A DNA stretch of 64,000 nt from Candidatus Omnitrophota bacterium (GTDB lineage Bacteria; Omnitrophota; Gorgyraeia; 2-01-FULL-45-10): contig JAPLME010000007.1 in assembly GCA_026387175.1 (NCBI GenBank), forward strand, positions 64,487 through 128,486. The letters run 5' to 3'. Numbering within the stretch: the first letter of the stretch is position 1; each line of letters starts with the position of its first letter. Positions 40,859 through 52,200 of the stretch are shown here, piece after piece. The position numbers and the translations under genes are program-made. Below the pieces are notes generated by a model. It saw nothing but the letters and a program-made list of their open reading frames with translations. It had not been told where the DNA came from and did no database searches.

Positions 40859-41349
40859 TATATTTTTTCCTCCTCATCTGGTAACGCACCGGATGCGGCG
40901 GTGCCTTTTGGCTTCCAGTCTTTCCTCAGCGGGTGCTCATCTTTAGGCCAATCATCCGGAAGCGGATAGCGATTGCCTTTTGTGAGCCCTTCTACCTCGG
41001 CTCCTAAAAGGTCCATGACCTCTCTTTCGTAAATATCGGAATTCGGAAAATATTTAAAGACGGACTTGATCACGGGTTTATCTTTCGGCACAGAGAATTT
41101 CAGGCTGAAAGTTATCCCGTCAGTGCGGGCCATATGATATATGAAGCCAAGCGCCTGGCCTTCATCGAGGCCGGTTATCGTGCACAGGATAGAGAATTTG
41201 AGATCCTCTTTGGCATACACAAAGACTTCCTCGAAACCCTCCGCAGGGGTCTCGGCGACGACCCTCCTCACCCGCTGCACCTTAGCCTTATCCTTGAGAA
41301 ACGGAAATTTCTTTAGGAGCTCCTGAACTATATTTTCTTCTTTAGTCAT
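40858..41349 (-). CDS. Hydrogenase subunit (NuoC/EchD-like)
   Basis: YEREVMDLLG and DWP...HPLRKD motifs. Confidence 0.9.
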   Translation of the reverse strand: MTKEENIVQELLKKFPFLKDKAKVQRVRRVVAETPAEGFEEVFVYAKEDLKFSILCTITGLDEGQALGFIYHMARTDGITFSLKFSVPKDKPVIKSVFKYFPNSDIYEREVMDLLGAEVEGLTKGNRYPLPDDWPKDEHPLRKDWKPKGTAASGALPDEEEKI

Positions 41350-41354
41350 AAATT

Positions 41355-41792
41355 TTACTTTTTCTCTTCCAGGCTGGCCAATAACTTTACAACGCCGTCT
41401 ATTATCGCCTTAGGGCTGGCCGGGCATCCGGGTATGTATGCGGATACCGGAATGACCTGGTCTATTCCCGATTCTACGCAATAGCATCCGTCGAAGACTC
41501 CGCCTGAGCAGGAACAGCTTCCCACTGCCACTACAAATTTCGGCTCAGCCATCTGGTCATATATCCTTTTAAGTCTGTCTTTTGTCTGTTTCGTTACGGG
41601 GCCGGAGCAGACCAGCACATCGGCGTGTTTCGGAGCGCCTTTCAACTGCACCCCGAAACGTTCTACATCGTAACGCGGCGTAAGGGCGGCGACTATCTCG
41701 ATATCACAGGCGTTACAGGCCCCCGTATTAAAATGGATTATCCACGGCGACTTAATCCTCGACCAGGTTACTATTTTCTTGATCAGCTCCAT
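41355..41792 (-). CDS. Hydrogenase small subunit (NuoB/EchC-like)
   Basis: CNACDIE, VGSC and IPGCP motifs. Confidence 0.93.
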   Translation of the reverse strand: MELIKKIVTWSRIKSPWIIHFNTGACNACDIEIVAALTPRYDVERFGVQLKGAPKHADVLVCSGPVTKQTKDRLKRIYDQMAEPKFVVAVGSCSCSGGVFDGCYCVESGIDQVIPVSAYIPGCPASPKAIIDGVVKLLASLEEKK

Positions 41793-41793
41793 A

Positions 41794-42129
41794 TTATCTC
41801 CTGAGCAGTATCGTAAGTCCCGCCGTCGCCCCCGCCAGATATATTACCGCGATGGCAAAGGAGTTCGTCGTCTCGATAGGTATAGTCGCTATGGTCAACG
41901 CCACCACGTGCAGTACCGTGAAAAGAAACGCAAACGGAAAAAATTGGCTATAATCGGGCTGCATCAAATGGGTCTTAACGTCTTCTCCGCAGGCATACGA
42001 TGTCCCTATATCTTCCGGAGGGTTTTTCGATTTTAGCGAAAGCCTGGATAGGACTCCGGAGAAGATAGTGGTCATTAAAAGCACCGTAACGAAACATATC
42101 GGAGGAGTCAATAATAGCTTATTCATCAT
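41794..42129 (-). CDS. Membrane subunit (NuoA-like)
   Basis: Three TM helices and YACGE motif. Confidence 0.8.
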   Translation of the reverse strand: MMNKLLLTPPICFVTVLLMTTIFSGVLSRLSLKSKNPPEDIGTSYACGEDVKTHLMQPDYSQFFPFAFLFTVLHVVALTIATIPIETTNSFAIAVIYLAGATAGLTILLRR

Positions 42130-42450
42130 TTATCCCTTCAGCCTCTTTAATTCCCTTACGTCGAGCGAGTCATTGGATCTGAATACCCGCAGAGCTATGC
42201 CGCTGGCTATCGCGGCGACCACAACCTCTATCACTATTATAGTTATCACCATGGCCTGAGTTACAGCCGTGCGCCCTGTTATGTAGCCGGCCACTATCAC
42301 CAGCAGTGTCACCGCTTTTATCAATAGCTCGAGCCCTATTATGGTCCGTATCAGGTTGCGCGTCACGAGTATGCAATAGAGCCCGCAGACGAAAGTCAGT
42401 ACGATGAAAAAGCCGAACATTAAGAAAACATGCCAGGACTCACCACTCAT
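42130..42450 (-). CDS. Membrane subunit (NuoK/MrpC-like)
   Basis: RNLIRTIIGLELL, IVIE and C-terminal LKG. Start moved to ATG 42450. Confidence 0.82.
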   Translation of the reverse strand: MSGESWHVFLMFGFFIVLTFVCGLYCILVTRNLIRTIIGLELLIKAVTLLVIVAGYITGRTAVTQAMVITIIVIEVVVAAIASGIALRVFRSNDSLDVRELKRLKG

Positions 42451-42955
42451 CTCTTCTTCTCTCCTCAAATAGTATTACCACCCCGAGCGCGCCTATGATG
42501 ACCACGATTATCTGCCCGATCATATCCAACTGTCGCATATTCCACATTACGTATCTCACGTCTTTCAGCGCGCCTTCCGTCACGGGCGGCACGGTGATAT
42601 TGCTCTTTATCTTTATCAGAGTGAGAACTATACTCGTTATGATCATCAATATGGGAAGGTATCCGAACCTCTTATTCCTCTCCTTGGAAGATTCCACTAT
42701 CTCCTTATTCGTTAGCGGTTTCGTCAGGCTTATTGTGCTGACGAATACGACCGTTATCAGGCCCGTGCAGACGGAGAGCTCAAACACAGCGGCCAGCGGC
42801 GAATTCAGCCTGAACATGAGTATAGTTATAACAGCACTCGTAACTGCAAGCCCTATAGCGGCCTTCAATAAGCTTCTGCCCATCACCGTCCATAGTGCGG
42901 CCACGATCATTATCACAAGAAGGCCTGAGTCTATAGATATATAAGAAGTCATCAT
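42440..42955 (-). CDS. Membrane subunit (NuoJ/MrpB-like)
   Basis: SLLKAAIGLA, AAVFELSV and MWNMRQLD motifs; multiple TM helices. Confidence 0.75.
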   Translation of the reverse strand: MMTSYISIDSGLLVIMIVAALWTVMGRSLLKAAIGLAVTSAVITILMFRLNSPLAAVFELSVCTGLITVVFVSTISLTKPLTNKEIVESSKERNKRFGYLPILMIITSIVLTLIKIKSNITVPPVTEGALKDVRYVMWNMRQLDMIGQIIVVIIGALGVVILFEERRRDEW

Positions 42956-44382
42956 TTCGTTATCAACTCCTGTAGGGGTGCGATGAAGGTATTAAAGACA
43001 AACGGAAAAAAGATGCCTGAGGCGACTAGTATCGCCGCGAGTATAATCGACGCCGTTGCTATGCCGGGCCTGGCCTCTTTCAGATGCTCGTTTTCCTTCG
43101 CCAATTTACCGAAAAAGGCCCTCCTCTGCATAACCAATAGGTATGCCAGTGTAATAACGCCCGCCATTATCGCTATCACTGAATAGGCATGGCTGCCGGA
43201 CTGCCAGAGAGCTATGATTATCATCAGCTTTGACCAGAATCCGGATAGAGGCGGTATGCCTGCCGCCGATAATAGCCCTATGACCGAAGTCGCGCCGGTT
43301 ATAGGCATCTTTGAAGATAACCCTCCCATCTTATCCATGTCTGTCGTTCCGAGCCTTGTCTCAACGGCAGCGGAATTCACGAAAAGAAGAGATTTGAATA
43401 TCGAGTGATTAAACAGGTGAAATATCGCTCCCGCTATTCCCAGGAACGTCCCCGTGCCGAAACCTACCACTATATAACCCACCTGGCTTATGCTGGAATA
43501 AGCCAGCATTCTCTTCATATCGTTTTGCCCCATAGCGGCAAAAGCTCCGACAAGTATGGATAAAGTGCCTATTAGTAGTAGCGTAGATTTCAGGGCAGGG
43601 CTAAAGCCTAATATGGCCGTCAGGACCCTTATCAATGTGTATATGCCTGCCACCTTGGTCACGATACCCCCAAGAAGCACCGAGACTGCCGCGGGCGCGG
43701 AACTGTAAGAATCCGGAACCCACGCATGGAACGGCACGAGCCCTCCTTTTATCAGAAGGCCGCATATCAGCAATCCGATCGTAACGAGCACGATATTATT
43801 GTTCGGCAGGAGCAGAGCTTCCCGGATCGCCGCAAACGATGTGCTGCCGGAGATCATAAAAAGAAGAGCTATCGAAGTAAGTATCATTATCGTAGCGACT
43901 GCGGAGAGGATCAGGTATTTGAAAGCGCCTTCAAGAGCATATATATCTTTTTCGAACGCTATAAGCACGAAGGTAGATATCGCGGTCACCTCAAGAAATA
44001 CATATAACGAGAAAATATCCCTGACTATCACTATCCCGCTCATTCCGATAGACGCTATTATGAGCAGATTTATGAATTTAAAACGCTCTTTCTCGTCATG
44101 TATGGTGTTGCGCGCGACCAGGAGCGTGGATATCGAAACTATTCCTATACATAAGAGCATTATGAAACTTAATTGATCCAAAGAGTAATCCGCTTTGAAG
44201 AATGAGTCGATATGGCTAAACTCATTGCGCCAGAATATGGGATGGTGGCTTATCGCAAGAAGTATCTGCGAGACGAACAGGATAAGCGCGAACCAGAACG
44301 CAAATTTCCTCATTATGTCTTTAAGAGGAAGATTGAGAATCACTATCCCTATAAGCGGCATCAGAATAAGTAGTGACGGCAT
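42952..44382 (-). CDS. Antiporter-like ion-translocating subunit (NuoN/MrpD-like)
   Basis: FLE, KGGLVPFHAW, KRMLAYSSISQVG and GIPPLSGFWSK motifs. Confidence 0.9.
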   Translation of the reverse strand: MPSLLILMPLIGIVILNLPLKDIMRKFAFWFALILFVSQILLAISHHPIFWRNEFSHIDSFFKADYSLDQLSFIMLLCIGIVSISTLLVARNTIHDEKERFKFINLLIIASIGMSGIVIVRDIFSLYVFLEVTAISTFVLIAFEKDIYALEGAFKYLILSAVATIMILTSIALLFMISGSTSFAAIREALLLPNNNIVLVTIGLLICGLLIKGGLVPFHAWVPDSYSSAPAAVSVLLGGIVTKVAGIYTLIRVLTAILGFSPALKSTLLLIGTLSILVGAFAAMGQNDMKRMLAYSSISQVGYIVVGFGTGTFLGIAGAIFHLFNHSIFKSLLFVNSAAVETRLGTTDMDKMGGLSSKMPITGATSVIGLLSAAGIPPLSGFWSKLMIIIALWQSGSHAYSVIAIMAGVITLAYLLVMQRRAFFGKLAKENEHLKEARPGIATASIILAAILVASGIFFPFVFNTFIAPLQELITK

Positions 44383-44398
44383 TATTATTTCTCGCTCT

Positions 44399-46222
44399 TT
44401 ACTTTAATAAAAATAAGACTATGATCGCGGTGGTCGCGATCGACCATATTATATACGTCTTGTAGCTTCCGTCGTGCAGATTTCGTATCGCGCCCGTTAT
44501 CGCCCCGGTCGCCGCAGGAGTGAAGACGTTATAGACCCAGTCCACCGCCCTGTCGCAGGTCCTGCAGCAGGCGGCGAAGATACCGGCCGATCCCATCCCT
44601 ATATTATAGGGATCGAGCCTGCCTTTTTCGGCGTACTCATAAATAGTCCGAAGCCCCGGAGCGTAATGGATATGGTCCGCGGCTTTCAGGGAGCTTCCCG
44701 TGCGCTTTACGCCGTATAGATGATTCAATAAAGCGGCTATCAGGGTTATCACCGTAATCATCACCAGTGTGGAGTTTGCCGGCCACCCCGCAAAATTGTG
44801 GCCCTCAAGCCTTGCGCCCAATATGGGCTGAATCAATTTATTAATAGGCAGAGCATTCCATACGCCGAATAGAACGCATGAAGCCGCTATCACTACCATG
44901 GGGATGAGCATTGGAAGAGGCGCTTCTTTTACGTCATTCCTGTTCGATTTGCCCATGAATGCTGCATGCCCGAGCTTCAAAAAAGACGCCGCGGTAAGGA
45001 ACGATCCAAGCGCTGCGGCAACGTAGAATATCATCCCTCTTTCAAGGGCGCCGTCATAGATCAGTTCTTTAGAGAAGAACCCGTTGAACGGCGGCACTCC
45101 GGATATCGAAGCCGCTGTTATCAGGAAGCAGATGAACGTCACCGGCATCATCTTCCCCAACCCGCCCAGCTGTTCTAGATCGGTTGTACCGGCCTGCCTC
45201 TCGACTGAACCTCCGGTAAGAAACAGACAGCTCTTATACAACGCGTTATTTATCATGTGAAATAGCCCGCCCACTATACCTATGGGCACAAGAGTGCCTA
45301 TGCCGAGTATCATATAACCGACCTGGCTTACGGCGTGGTAAGCTAATAATCTCTTATAATCTTTCTGCACCAGCGCCATCATTACAGCTCCCAATATGGT
45401 GATCGCGCCCACGGTCATCATCGCAAAGCTGGCCCACGAATCAGGCGTAAGCCTGAAGATGTCCAGGGATATCCTTGTCAAAAAGTATATGCCCAATAAT
45501 TTCTCGAGCGCTCCGGGGAATATCGCCATGAATGGCAGCGGCGCATCGATCGCGGCATCCGGTATCCATGTATGAAACGGCATCGATCCTGCCTTAGCTA
45601 TCGCTCCCGTCACCATCAGTATGAATGCCAGCCCCCCGAACCCGCTTGCAGCAATGCTTATCTTCGAGATAGTGAGCGTGCCCGCGATGTGGCCGCATAT
45701 CGCTATCCCAGCCATCATGCAAAGGTCGCTTATTCCTATGATAATAAACATTTTAGTCGCAGTCCTGAAAGCGTCTTTATTGCCGATGGCTATCATTCCC
45801 CACAGAGTGATGAGAAGCCCCTCCCAGAAGAATAGCAGCATGATGAGATTATCTGAGAGCGCCGCTCCGTTAACGAGAGCCAATGACATCAATAGAAGTC
45901 CGAAAAAGAGGCTCGAATTGATCCTTTCGCGCATGAAGACAATGGAATACAGGATTACAAGAAATCCAAATCCCGCCGATGCCAGTATGGTAAATGCGCT
46001 GAAGTGGTAGAGCCTAAACGAGAATTCAAAGCCGAAACCCGCCCAGGGCATCGAAAATGCAGCATTGCTTTTAAAGAGTGAGAACGCTATAAAAAGATTG
46101 GCTGCGGCCCCCGCAAGCGTTAACAGGTCCCTGGTCAATCTCATTTTACGCTGGAAAAGGATTATCGCCAGCCCGGCCAGCGCCGGCATTATTATTAAGG
46201 ATAGGGATAGTTTTTCTATCAT
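44399..46222 (-). CDS. Antiporter-like ion-translocating subunit (NuoL/MrpA-like, with C-terminal extension)
   Basis: FFWE, KAGSMPFHTW, KRLLAYH and GVPPFNGFFSKE motifs. Confidence 0.9.
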   Translation of the reverse strand: MIEKLSLSLIIMPALAGLAIILFQRKMRLTRDLLTLAGAAANLFIAFSLFKSNAAFSMPWAGFGFEFSFRLYHFSAFTILASAGFGFLVILYSIVFMRERINSSLFFGLLLMSLALVNGAALSDNLIMLLFFWEGLLITLWGMIAIGNKDAFRTATKMFIIIGISDLCMMAGIAICGHIAGTLTISKISIAASGFGGLAFILMVTGAIAKAGSMPFHTWIPDAAIDAPLPFMAIFPGALEKLLGIYFLTRISLDIFRLTPDSWASFAMMTVGAITILGAVMMALVQKDYKRLLAYHAVSQVGYMILGIGTLVPIGIVGGLFHMINNALYKSCLFLTGGSVERQAGTTDLEQLGGLGKMMPVTFICFLITAASISGVPPFNGFFSKELIYDGALERGMIFYVAAALGSFLTAASFLKLGHAAFMGKSNRNDVKEAPLPMLIPMVVIAASCVLFGVWNALPINKLIQPILGARLEGHNFAGWPANSTLVMITVITLIAALLNHLYGVKRTGSSLKAADHIHYAPGLRTIYEYAEKGRLDPYNIGMGSAGIFAACCRTCDRAVDWVYNVFTPAATGAITGAIRNLHDGSYKTYIIWSIATTAIIVLFLLK

Positions 46223-46223
46223 A

Positions 46224-47660
46224 TTATATGCCTAACATCTGTTTGATCGTTGTTTGTACGAATGAGGCCGGATATTGAATATATATACCGCCCAGCAGTG
46301 AGAGTATTCCAAGGACTGCGACGCTGGCCACCATTATATAGGAACCTTCCCTCGCGGCCGGGGTATTCTCATCACCCATGAATACCATATTGAATAGCCT
46401 GAACAGATAGAGTATTGTCATAAAGGCCCCAACCAGAAACGTAAGAGCTATCCATACATTATCGTTGAATGCGCCCGACATGACCATATACTTCGAGAAG
46501 AACCCGCCGAATGGCGGCGTGCCCATTACTGAAAAAGCGCAGAACAGAAATGAGATCGCGGTTAAAGGCATCGCGCTGAAAAGCCCGCCCATCTTTGTTA
46601 TGTCCTTAGTGTGTGTGCCGTGTTCGATTATACCCGCGGAGAGGAAGAGCCCCGCCTTCGCTATGCCGTGCATTAATATATATAAGAGAGCGCCGGCTAA
46701 CCCTATTCCGCCCCCTAATGTGAGGCCGAGGAATATAAATGCTATCTGGCTCACGGTCGAATACGCTATTATTCGCTTCATGTCCGTTTCGACCAGCGCG
46801 GCGCCCGCGGAAACAAGGGCGCTCATTGCCGCTATGACCGGTACTATGGTGTGCCATATAGTCGAGATCGTGAATGTCGCGATGAATAACCTGGCAAACA
46901 CATAGACGCCGATCTTTACGAGGACCGCCGCATGTAGAAGCGCCGTTACTGGCGATGGCGCGACGCCGGCGTCAGGCAGCCATGTGTGGAACGGCAGAGT
47001 TGCCGATTTTGCCAGGATTCCGAATAATATCAGGAGCACTACTATGTCGGGAACGGCCTTCGGGCCCAGCGAGCTCTTTATAACGGCAAGATCGAATGAG
47101 CCTGTTTCGGCGTACAATAAGATGAAGCCCATAAGCATCAGCAGGGCTCCGAATACCGTTACGAGGAATGCCTTATCCGCCTTTATCACGTATGATCTTT
47201 CCCTGAAAAAGCCTATCAAGCGCCAGCTGGTCAGCGCGGTTATCTCCCAGAAGATATATAGTAATATCAGATTTGCGGAAAATACGAGGCCCATCATCGA
47301 ACCTATGAAAAGCACGACCATAGTATAGTATTCGGTGCGATTCGGGTAATGGCTTATATAGCCGAATGAATAGATGACTATGATGAAGCTTATAAGCGAT
47401 GAAACTATCGCCATGAATACTGCTAGAGCGTCCGCTGTGAGGACGAAGTTGAAACCGAGCGGAAACGCGCAAGAGACGGTGACTGTAGTCCCGGACAATA
47501 CGGTCGGCACCAAGAGCGCCGAAGCCACCAGCGATGCCAGGACAAAGATCGCCGCCGCCCCATTCCTGGCGTGCTCGGAAACCTTTCCGATGATCGGTAG
47601 CAGGCATGCCCCTATTACCGGCACGAAGACCGCAGTTAATAACAGGCTGTTATTTGTCAT
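46224..47660 (-). CDS. Antiporter-like ion-translocating subunit (NuoL/M/MrpD-like)
   Basis: IFWE, KSATLPFHTWLPDA...PSPVTALLHAA and KRIIAYST motifs. Confidence 0.9.
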   Translation of the reverse strand: MTNNSLLLTAVFVPVIGACLLPIIGKVSEHARNGAAAIFVLASLVASALLVPTVLSGTTVTVSCAFPLGFNFVLTADALAVFMAIVSSLISFIIVIYSFGYISHYPNRTEYYTMVVLFIGSMMGLVFSANLILLYIFWEITALTSWRLIGFFRERSYVIKADKAFLVTVFGALLMLMGFILLYAETGSFDLAVIKSSLGPKAVPDIVVLLILFGILAKSATLPFHTWLPDAGVAPSPVTALLHAAVLVKIGVYVFARLFIATFTISTIWHTIVPVIAAMSALVSAGAALVETDMKRIIAYSTVSQIAFIFLGLTLGGGIGLAGALLYILMHGIAKAGLFLSAGIIEHGTHTKDITKMGGLFSAMPLTAISFLFCAFSVMGTPPFGGFFSKYMVMSGAFNDNVWIALTFLVGAFMTILYLFRLFNMVFMGDENTPAAREGSYIMVASVAVLGILSLLGGIYIQYPASFVQTTIKQMLGI

Positions 47661-47687
47661 AGAATCCGTTATTTTTAATTATGGTAC

Positions 47688-47726
47688 AAAAAAATTAAGC
47701 CCTGCTACTGCTTGCGAGGCGGGCTT
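47688..47726 (-). terminator. Probable intrinsic terminator between gltD and the hydrogenase operon
   Basis: AAGCCC...GGGCTT stem (47697-47702/47721-47726) followed by AATTTTTTT on the minus strand. Confidence 0.6.
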
Positions 47727-47775
47727 TAGTTGTAGTAAGATAGCATAAAGTAAATAACATTTCAAGAAAAATCAG

Positions 47776-49221
47776 TTATATTACCGGCAGATTGGTCGAG
47801 CCCATGAGATATTTATCGATGCAGTGGGCGGCTCTGCGGCCTTCGGAGATGGCCCAGACTACGAGCGACTGTCCCCGCCTGGTGTCCCCGGCCGCGAATA
47901 CGTTCTTTAGCGATGTCATGTAATCCGGGCCGGTCTTGATATTTCCGCGGCCGTCTAACTCTACGCCAAGCTCCTTAAGAAGCCCCCGATGCTCCGGATG
48001 AACGAAGCCGATCGCAAGTATTACGAGATCCGCGTCTATTTCAAACCCGCTCCCGGGGGTCTCCTTCATCAGCGGACAGCCTTTAGTGTCTTTTTCAGAA
48101 AAGTCTAATTTTGCGCAAGCAACTTTCTTTACCTGCCCGGAATCGCCAATAAACTTTTTGGTCGACACTGCCCAGCTGCGAAGACCGCCTTCTTCATGGC
48201 TGGTCGAGGTCTTTAATATCGCAGGATATTTTGGCCACGGAAAGTCCGGCGTCCGGCAATCGGCGGGTTTGGGCAGGACCTCTATCTGCATCACGCATGA
48301 AGCACCCTGCCTGTGAGCTGTGCCGACGCAGTCCGCGCCGGTATCGCCGCCTCCGACCACAAGGACTTTCTTACCTTCCGCATTCAGTGAATTATCAGAT
48401 GGCTTCTCTTTAGAGGAGGTTCTTTTATTGGACCGTATCAGGTAATCCATCGCGAAGTGTATTCCCGCGAGTCCCCTCCCCTCTATCTTAAGATCCCGAG
48501 GAACCCGGCTTCCGAGAGAGAGGCATATCGCGTCGAAATCCTTAATAAGTTTTGAGGTCGGAAACGTTACGCCGACATCGGTATCCATTAGGAATTTTAT
48601 CCCCTCTTTCTTTAATATGCCGATGCGCCGATCGAGCAGGGATTTAGCTAATTTAAAATCCGGTATACCATAACGCAGGATACCCCCCGCCTTATCGTAC
48701 TTTTCAAATATCGTGACAGTATGGCCGGCCTTGTTTAACTGATCGGCGGCGGCAAGCCCTGCCGGGCCTGAGCCTACGACGGCCACTGCTTTTCGAGTGC
48801 GTTTTTTGGGAGGGTTCGCTTTTATCAGGCCCGCCTTGAAAGCATTTTCGATAATGGAAAGCTCGTTCTCCCGTATCGTTACGGGTTCATCATTTATGCC
48901 GAGCACGCAGGCATATTCGCACATCGCCGGACATATACGCCCGGTGAACTCGGGAAAGTTATTGGTCGCGTGCAGGAGTTCGATGGCTTTTTTCCATTTT
49001 CCGCGGAACATCAAGTCGTTCCATTCCGGGATATAATTTCCAACGGGACAGCCCCAATGGCAGAATGGCGTGCCGCAGTCCATGCATCGGGATGCCTGCT
49101 CTTTTGATAATCCTTCAGGCCTTGGGATGGAGACCTCTTTATAGTCCGCTATGCGCTCGCATACGGGCCGGTATATGCCGGCTTGGCGCCGGACCTTAAG
49201 GAAGCCCTTTGGATCACCCAT
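47776..49221 (-). CDS. gltD: Glutamate synthase small subunit
   Basis: MGDPKGFL, RCMDCGTPFCH, GGGDTGADC and RRGQSLVVWAISEGR motifs; overlaps the gltB stop. Confidence 0.96.
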   Translation of the reverse strand: MGDPKGFLKVRRQAGIYRPVCERIADYKEVSIPRPEGLSKEQASRCMDCGTPFCHWGCPVGNYIPEWNDLMFRGKWKKAIELLHATNNFPEFTGRICPAMCEYACVLGINDEPVTIRENELSIIENAFKAGLIKANPPKKRTRKAVAVVGSGPAGLAAADQLNKAGHTVTIFEKYDKAGGILRYGIPDFKLAKSLLDRRIGILKKEGIKFLMDTDVGVTFPTSKLIKDFDAICLSLGSRVPRDLKIEGRGLAGIHFAMDYLIRSNKRTSSKEKPSDNSLNAEGKKVLVVGGGDTGADCVGTAHRQGASCVMQIEVLPKPADCRTPDFPWPKYPAILKTSTSHEEGGLRSWAVSTKKFIGDSGQVKKVACAKLDFSEKDTKGCPLMKETPGSGFEIDADLVILAIGFVHPEHRGLLKELGVELDGRGNIKTGPDYMTSLKNVFAAGDTRRGQSLVVWAISEGRRAAHCIDKYLMGSTNLPVI

Positions 49222-52200
49222 CGGATGCCTCCGAGAGATCAGTCTTCGCCTCTACCCTGGAAGCGTTCAGGATGCGTTTGTATTCCATCGGCATTACTTT
49301 CACGAAATGGCGGCTGGCTGATTTGAAGTTTTCAAGTATCCCCTTCGCCAGCGTGCTCTTTGAGTATCTATAATGATTGGCCAGGAGTCCCTTTAAGGCT
49401 ATCTCATCCTCCTTATTGATCTTTTCCAGGACGACCATTTCCATGTTGCATTTATTTTTAAAATCCCCATCGATATCATATACGTAGGCCATGCCTCCCG
49501 ACATGCCCGCGCCGAAATTGCGGCCGGTCCTGCCGAGCACGACCACCTTACCGCCCGTCATATATTCGCAGCCGTGATCGCCCAGGCCTTCTACTACCGT
49601 CAATAGGCCCGAGTTTCGTATACAGAACCTCTCGCCCGCGACTCCCCTGATATAGGCCTCGCCGGTTATCGCTCCATAGAAAGCGGTATTCCCTATTATG
49701 ATATTTTCTTCCGGTACGTAATCGGTGTTCCTGTCCGGATAAATAATTATTTTGCCGCCCGAGATCCCCTTACCCACATAGTCGTTTGCCATGCCTTCAA
49801 GCTCGAAGGTGATGCCTGAGGCCAGCCATGCTCCAAAGCTTTGGCCCGCCGTGCCTTTAAATTTACAGCGAAGGGTATCTTCCGGCAGGCCCTGCTCACC
49901 GTGGATTCCGCAGAGCCTGCCGCTCAAGGCCGCCCCTGTGGTCCTGTTTATATTTTTAATATTCATTTCTATCCTGGCCTTCGTGCCTTTTTTAATAGCG
50001 TCTTCCAGCATATCGTTCAGCTCTAGATCGAGAATTTTATCGATTCCATGGTCCTGCTTTATTGTGCAATGGGTCGATACTCTTTCCGGTGAGTCAGGCT
50101 TGAATAATATTTTGGAAAAGTCTATGTTTTTTGCCTTAGGCGGCAGGATATCATTATTGACTTCCAGGAGATCTGTCCGGCCTATCATTTCATCGATTGT
50201 CCTGATGCCGAGGGACGCCATTATTTCGCGTAATTCGCCCGCGACGAAATGGAAGAAATTGATCACATATTCAGGGCGGCCCTGAAACTTTCTTTCCAGT
50301 ATCTCGTCCTGCGTCGCCACTCCGACCGAACAGTTATTCAGGTGGCAGTGTCTCAGCATTACACATCCGGATATTATCAATGCGGCGGTGCAGAATCCGT
50401 ATTCCTCCGCGCCTAAGAGCGCCGCGATAGCTACGTCCCTCCCTGTTCTCATCTGTCCATCCGTCTGCAGTCTCACGCGGCTCCGGAGGTCGTTGAGCAC
50501 AAGCGTCTGGTGTGTTTCTGACAGGCCGAGCTCCCATGGCGCGCCTGCATGTTTTATGGAGCCTAAAGGCGACGCGCCTGTTCCGCCGTCGCCTCCGGAG
50601 ATGAGTATCATATCGGCATGGCCTTTTGCGACGCCGGCAGCTACGGTACCTACACCCACTTCTGAAACCAGTTTAACGCTTATGCGGGCGCGCGGATTCA
50701 CGTTCTTTAAGTCGAAGATCAATTGCGCCAGGTCTTCAATGGAATAGATGTCGTGGTGCGGCGGCGGCGATATCAACGTCACGCCCGGCGTCGTGTACCG
50801 TGTACGGGCGATAATCGCGCTCACCTTATGTCCTGGCAATTGCCCGCCTTCGCCGGGCTTGGCGCCCTGTGCTATCTTTATCTGAAGCTCGTCCGCGTTG
50901 ACCAGGTAATTAGTAGTGACCCCGAACCTGCCGGAAGCGACCTGCTTTATTGCGCTTCTGGTAGAGTCGCCGTTTGGCAGTGGAATAAACCGTGCCGGAT
51001 CCTCTCCGCCTTCACCGGTATTCGACTTTCCGCCTATCCTGTTCATCGCGATGGCGAGGGTCTCGTGCGCCGCTTTTGAGATCGATCCGAAACTCATTGC
51101 GCCGGTCGCGAATCGCTTGAATATAACCTCAGCGGGCTCGACCTCTTCGATTGGAATAGGTTTGCCGGAATATTTAAATTTAAGAAGGCTTCTCAATGTC
51201 GTCGGATTGCCCGATTGGTTATTTACCAGAGCGGCGAATTCGCTGTATTTTTTATAATCGTTTTTTCTAGTCGCGTCCTGCAAGGCCGCGATCGTATCCG
51301 GGTTCCACAGATGGAATTCACCGTCCCTCTTCCACTGGTATGCGCCTCCGGGGCTAAGATATGGAGCATTAACAATGAACGCAGGATACGCCTCTCCGTG
51401 CTTCAGAAGCGTCTCTCTGGCGATTTCACCGAAACCGGCGCCGCCTATACGCGAAACAGTTCCTGAGAAGCATTTATCGATTATTTCATTATTTAACCCA
51501 ATCGCTTCGAATATCTGGGAGCCTCTATAGCTCTGCAGTGTCGAGATGCCCATCTTCGAAAGCACCTTGAGTATGCCGTGATACAGCGCCTTACGGTAAT
51601 TTTTCAAGGCTTTCTTGGCGTTTATAGTTATCTCTGAGTTCTGCGCCATGTTCCTTATGGCCTCATATGACAGGTATGGGTTTACGCAGTCCGCTCCGTA
51701 GCCGAATAGAAGCGCGAAATGGTGCACCTCTCTTGGTTCACCGCTTTCTATGATAATGCCTATTTGAGTCCTGAGGAATTTTCTCACTAAATGGTGATGC
51801 ACCGCCCCGGCGGCCAATAATGAAGGCAGCGCCGCATTATCTTTATCGACCCCTCTGTCGCTCAGGATAATAAAGCTGTATCCGTTCTTTATGGCGCTTT
51901 CAGCTTCTTTGCATACCTTATCGATAGTTTTGACAAAATTCTTTTCGTTCGAAGGGTTAAATAGAAGCGGTATCGTCTTCGTGCGGAAACCGTTCTGCCT
52001 GATATTGCGGATCTTCTCAAGGCCCTCATCCGTCAATATCGGTTCTTTGATATGAAGCTTATGGCAATGTTCCGGCGTTTCGCTCAGGATATTTCTCTGA
52101 GGGCCGATAAAGCTTTCCAGACTCATCACGCATTCTTCTCTTATCGGATCTATCGCGGGGTTCGTTACCTGCGCGAAGAGTTGTTTAAAATAAGTGAAGA

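Noticed and set aside
38320-47660. Annotation as NADH:quinone oxidoreductase (nuo) or a Ni-less Ehr/Mbx complex
   Set aside because: The large subunit has both CxxC Ni-binding motifs, a maturation protease is adjacent, and no NuoEFG genes are present.
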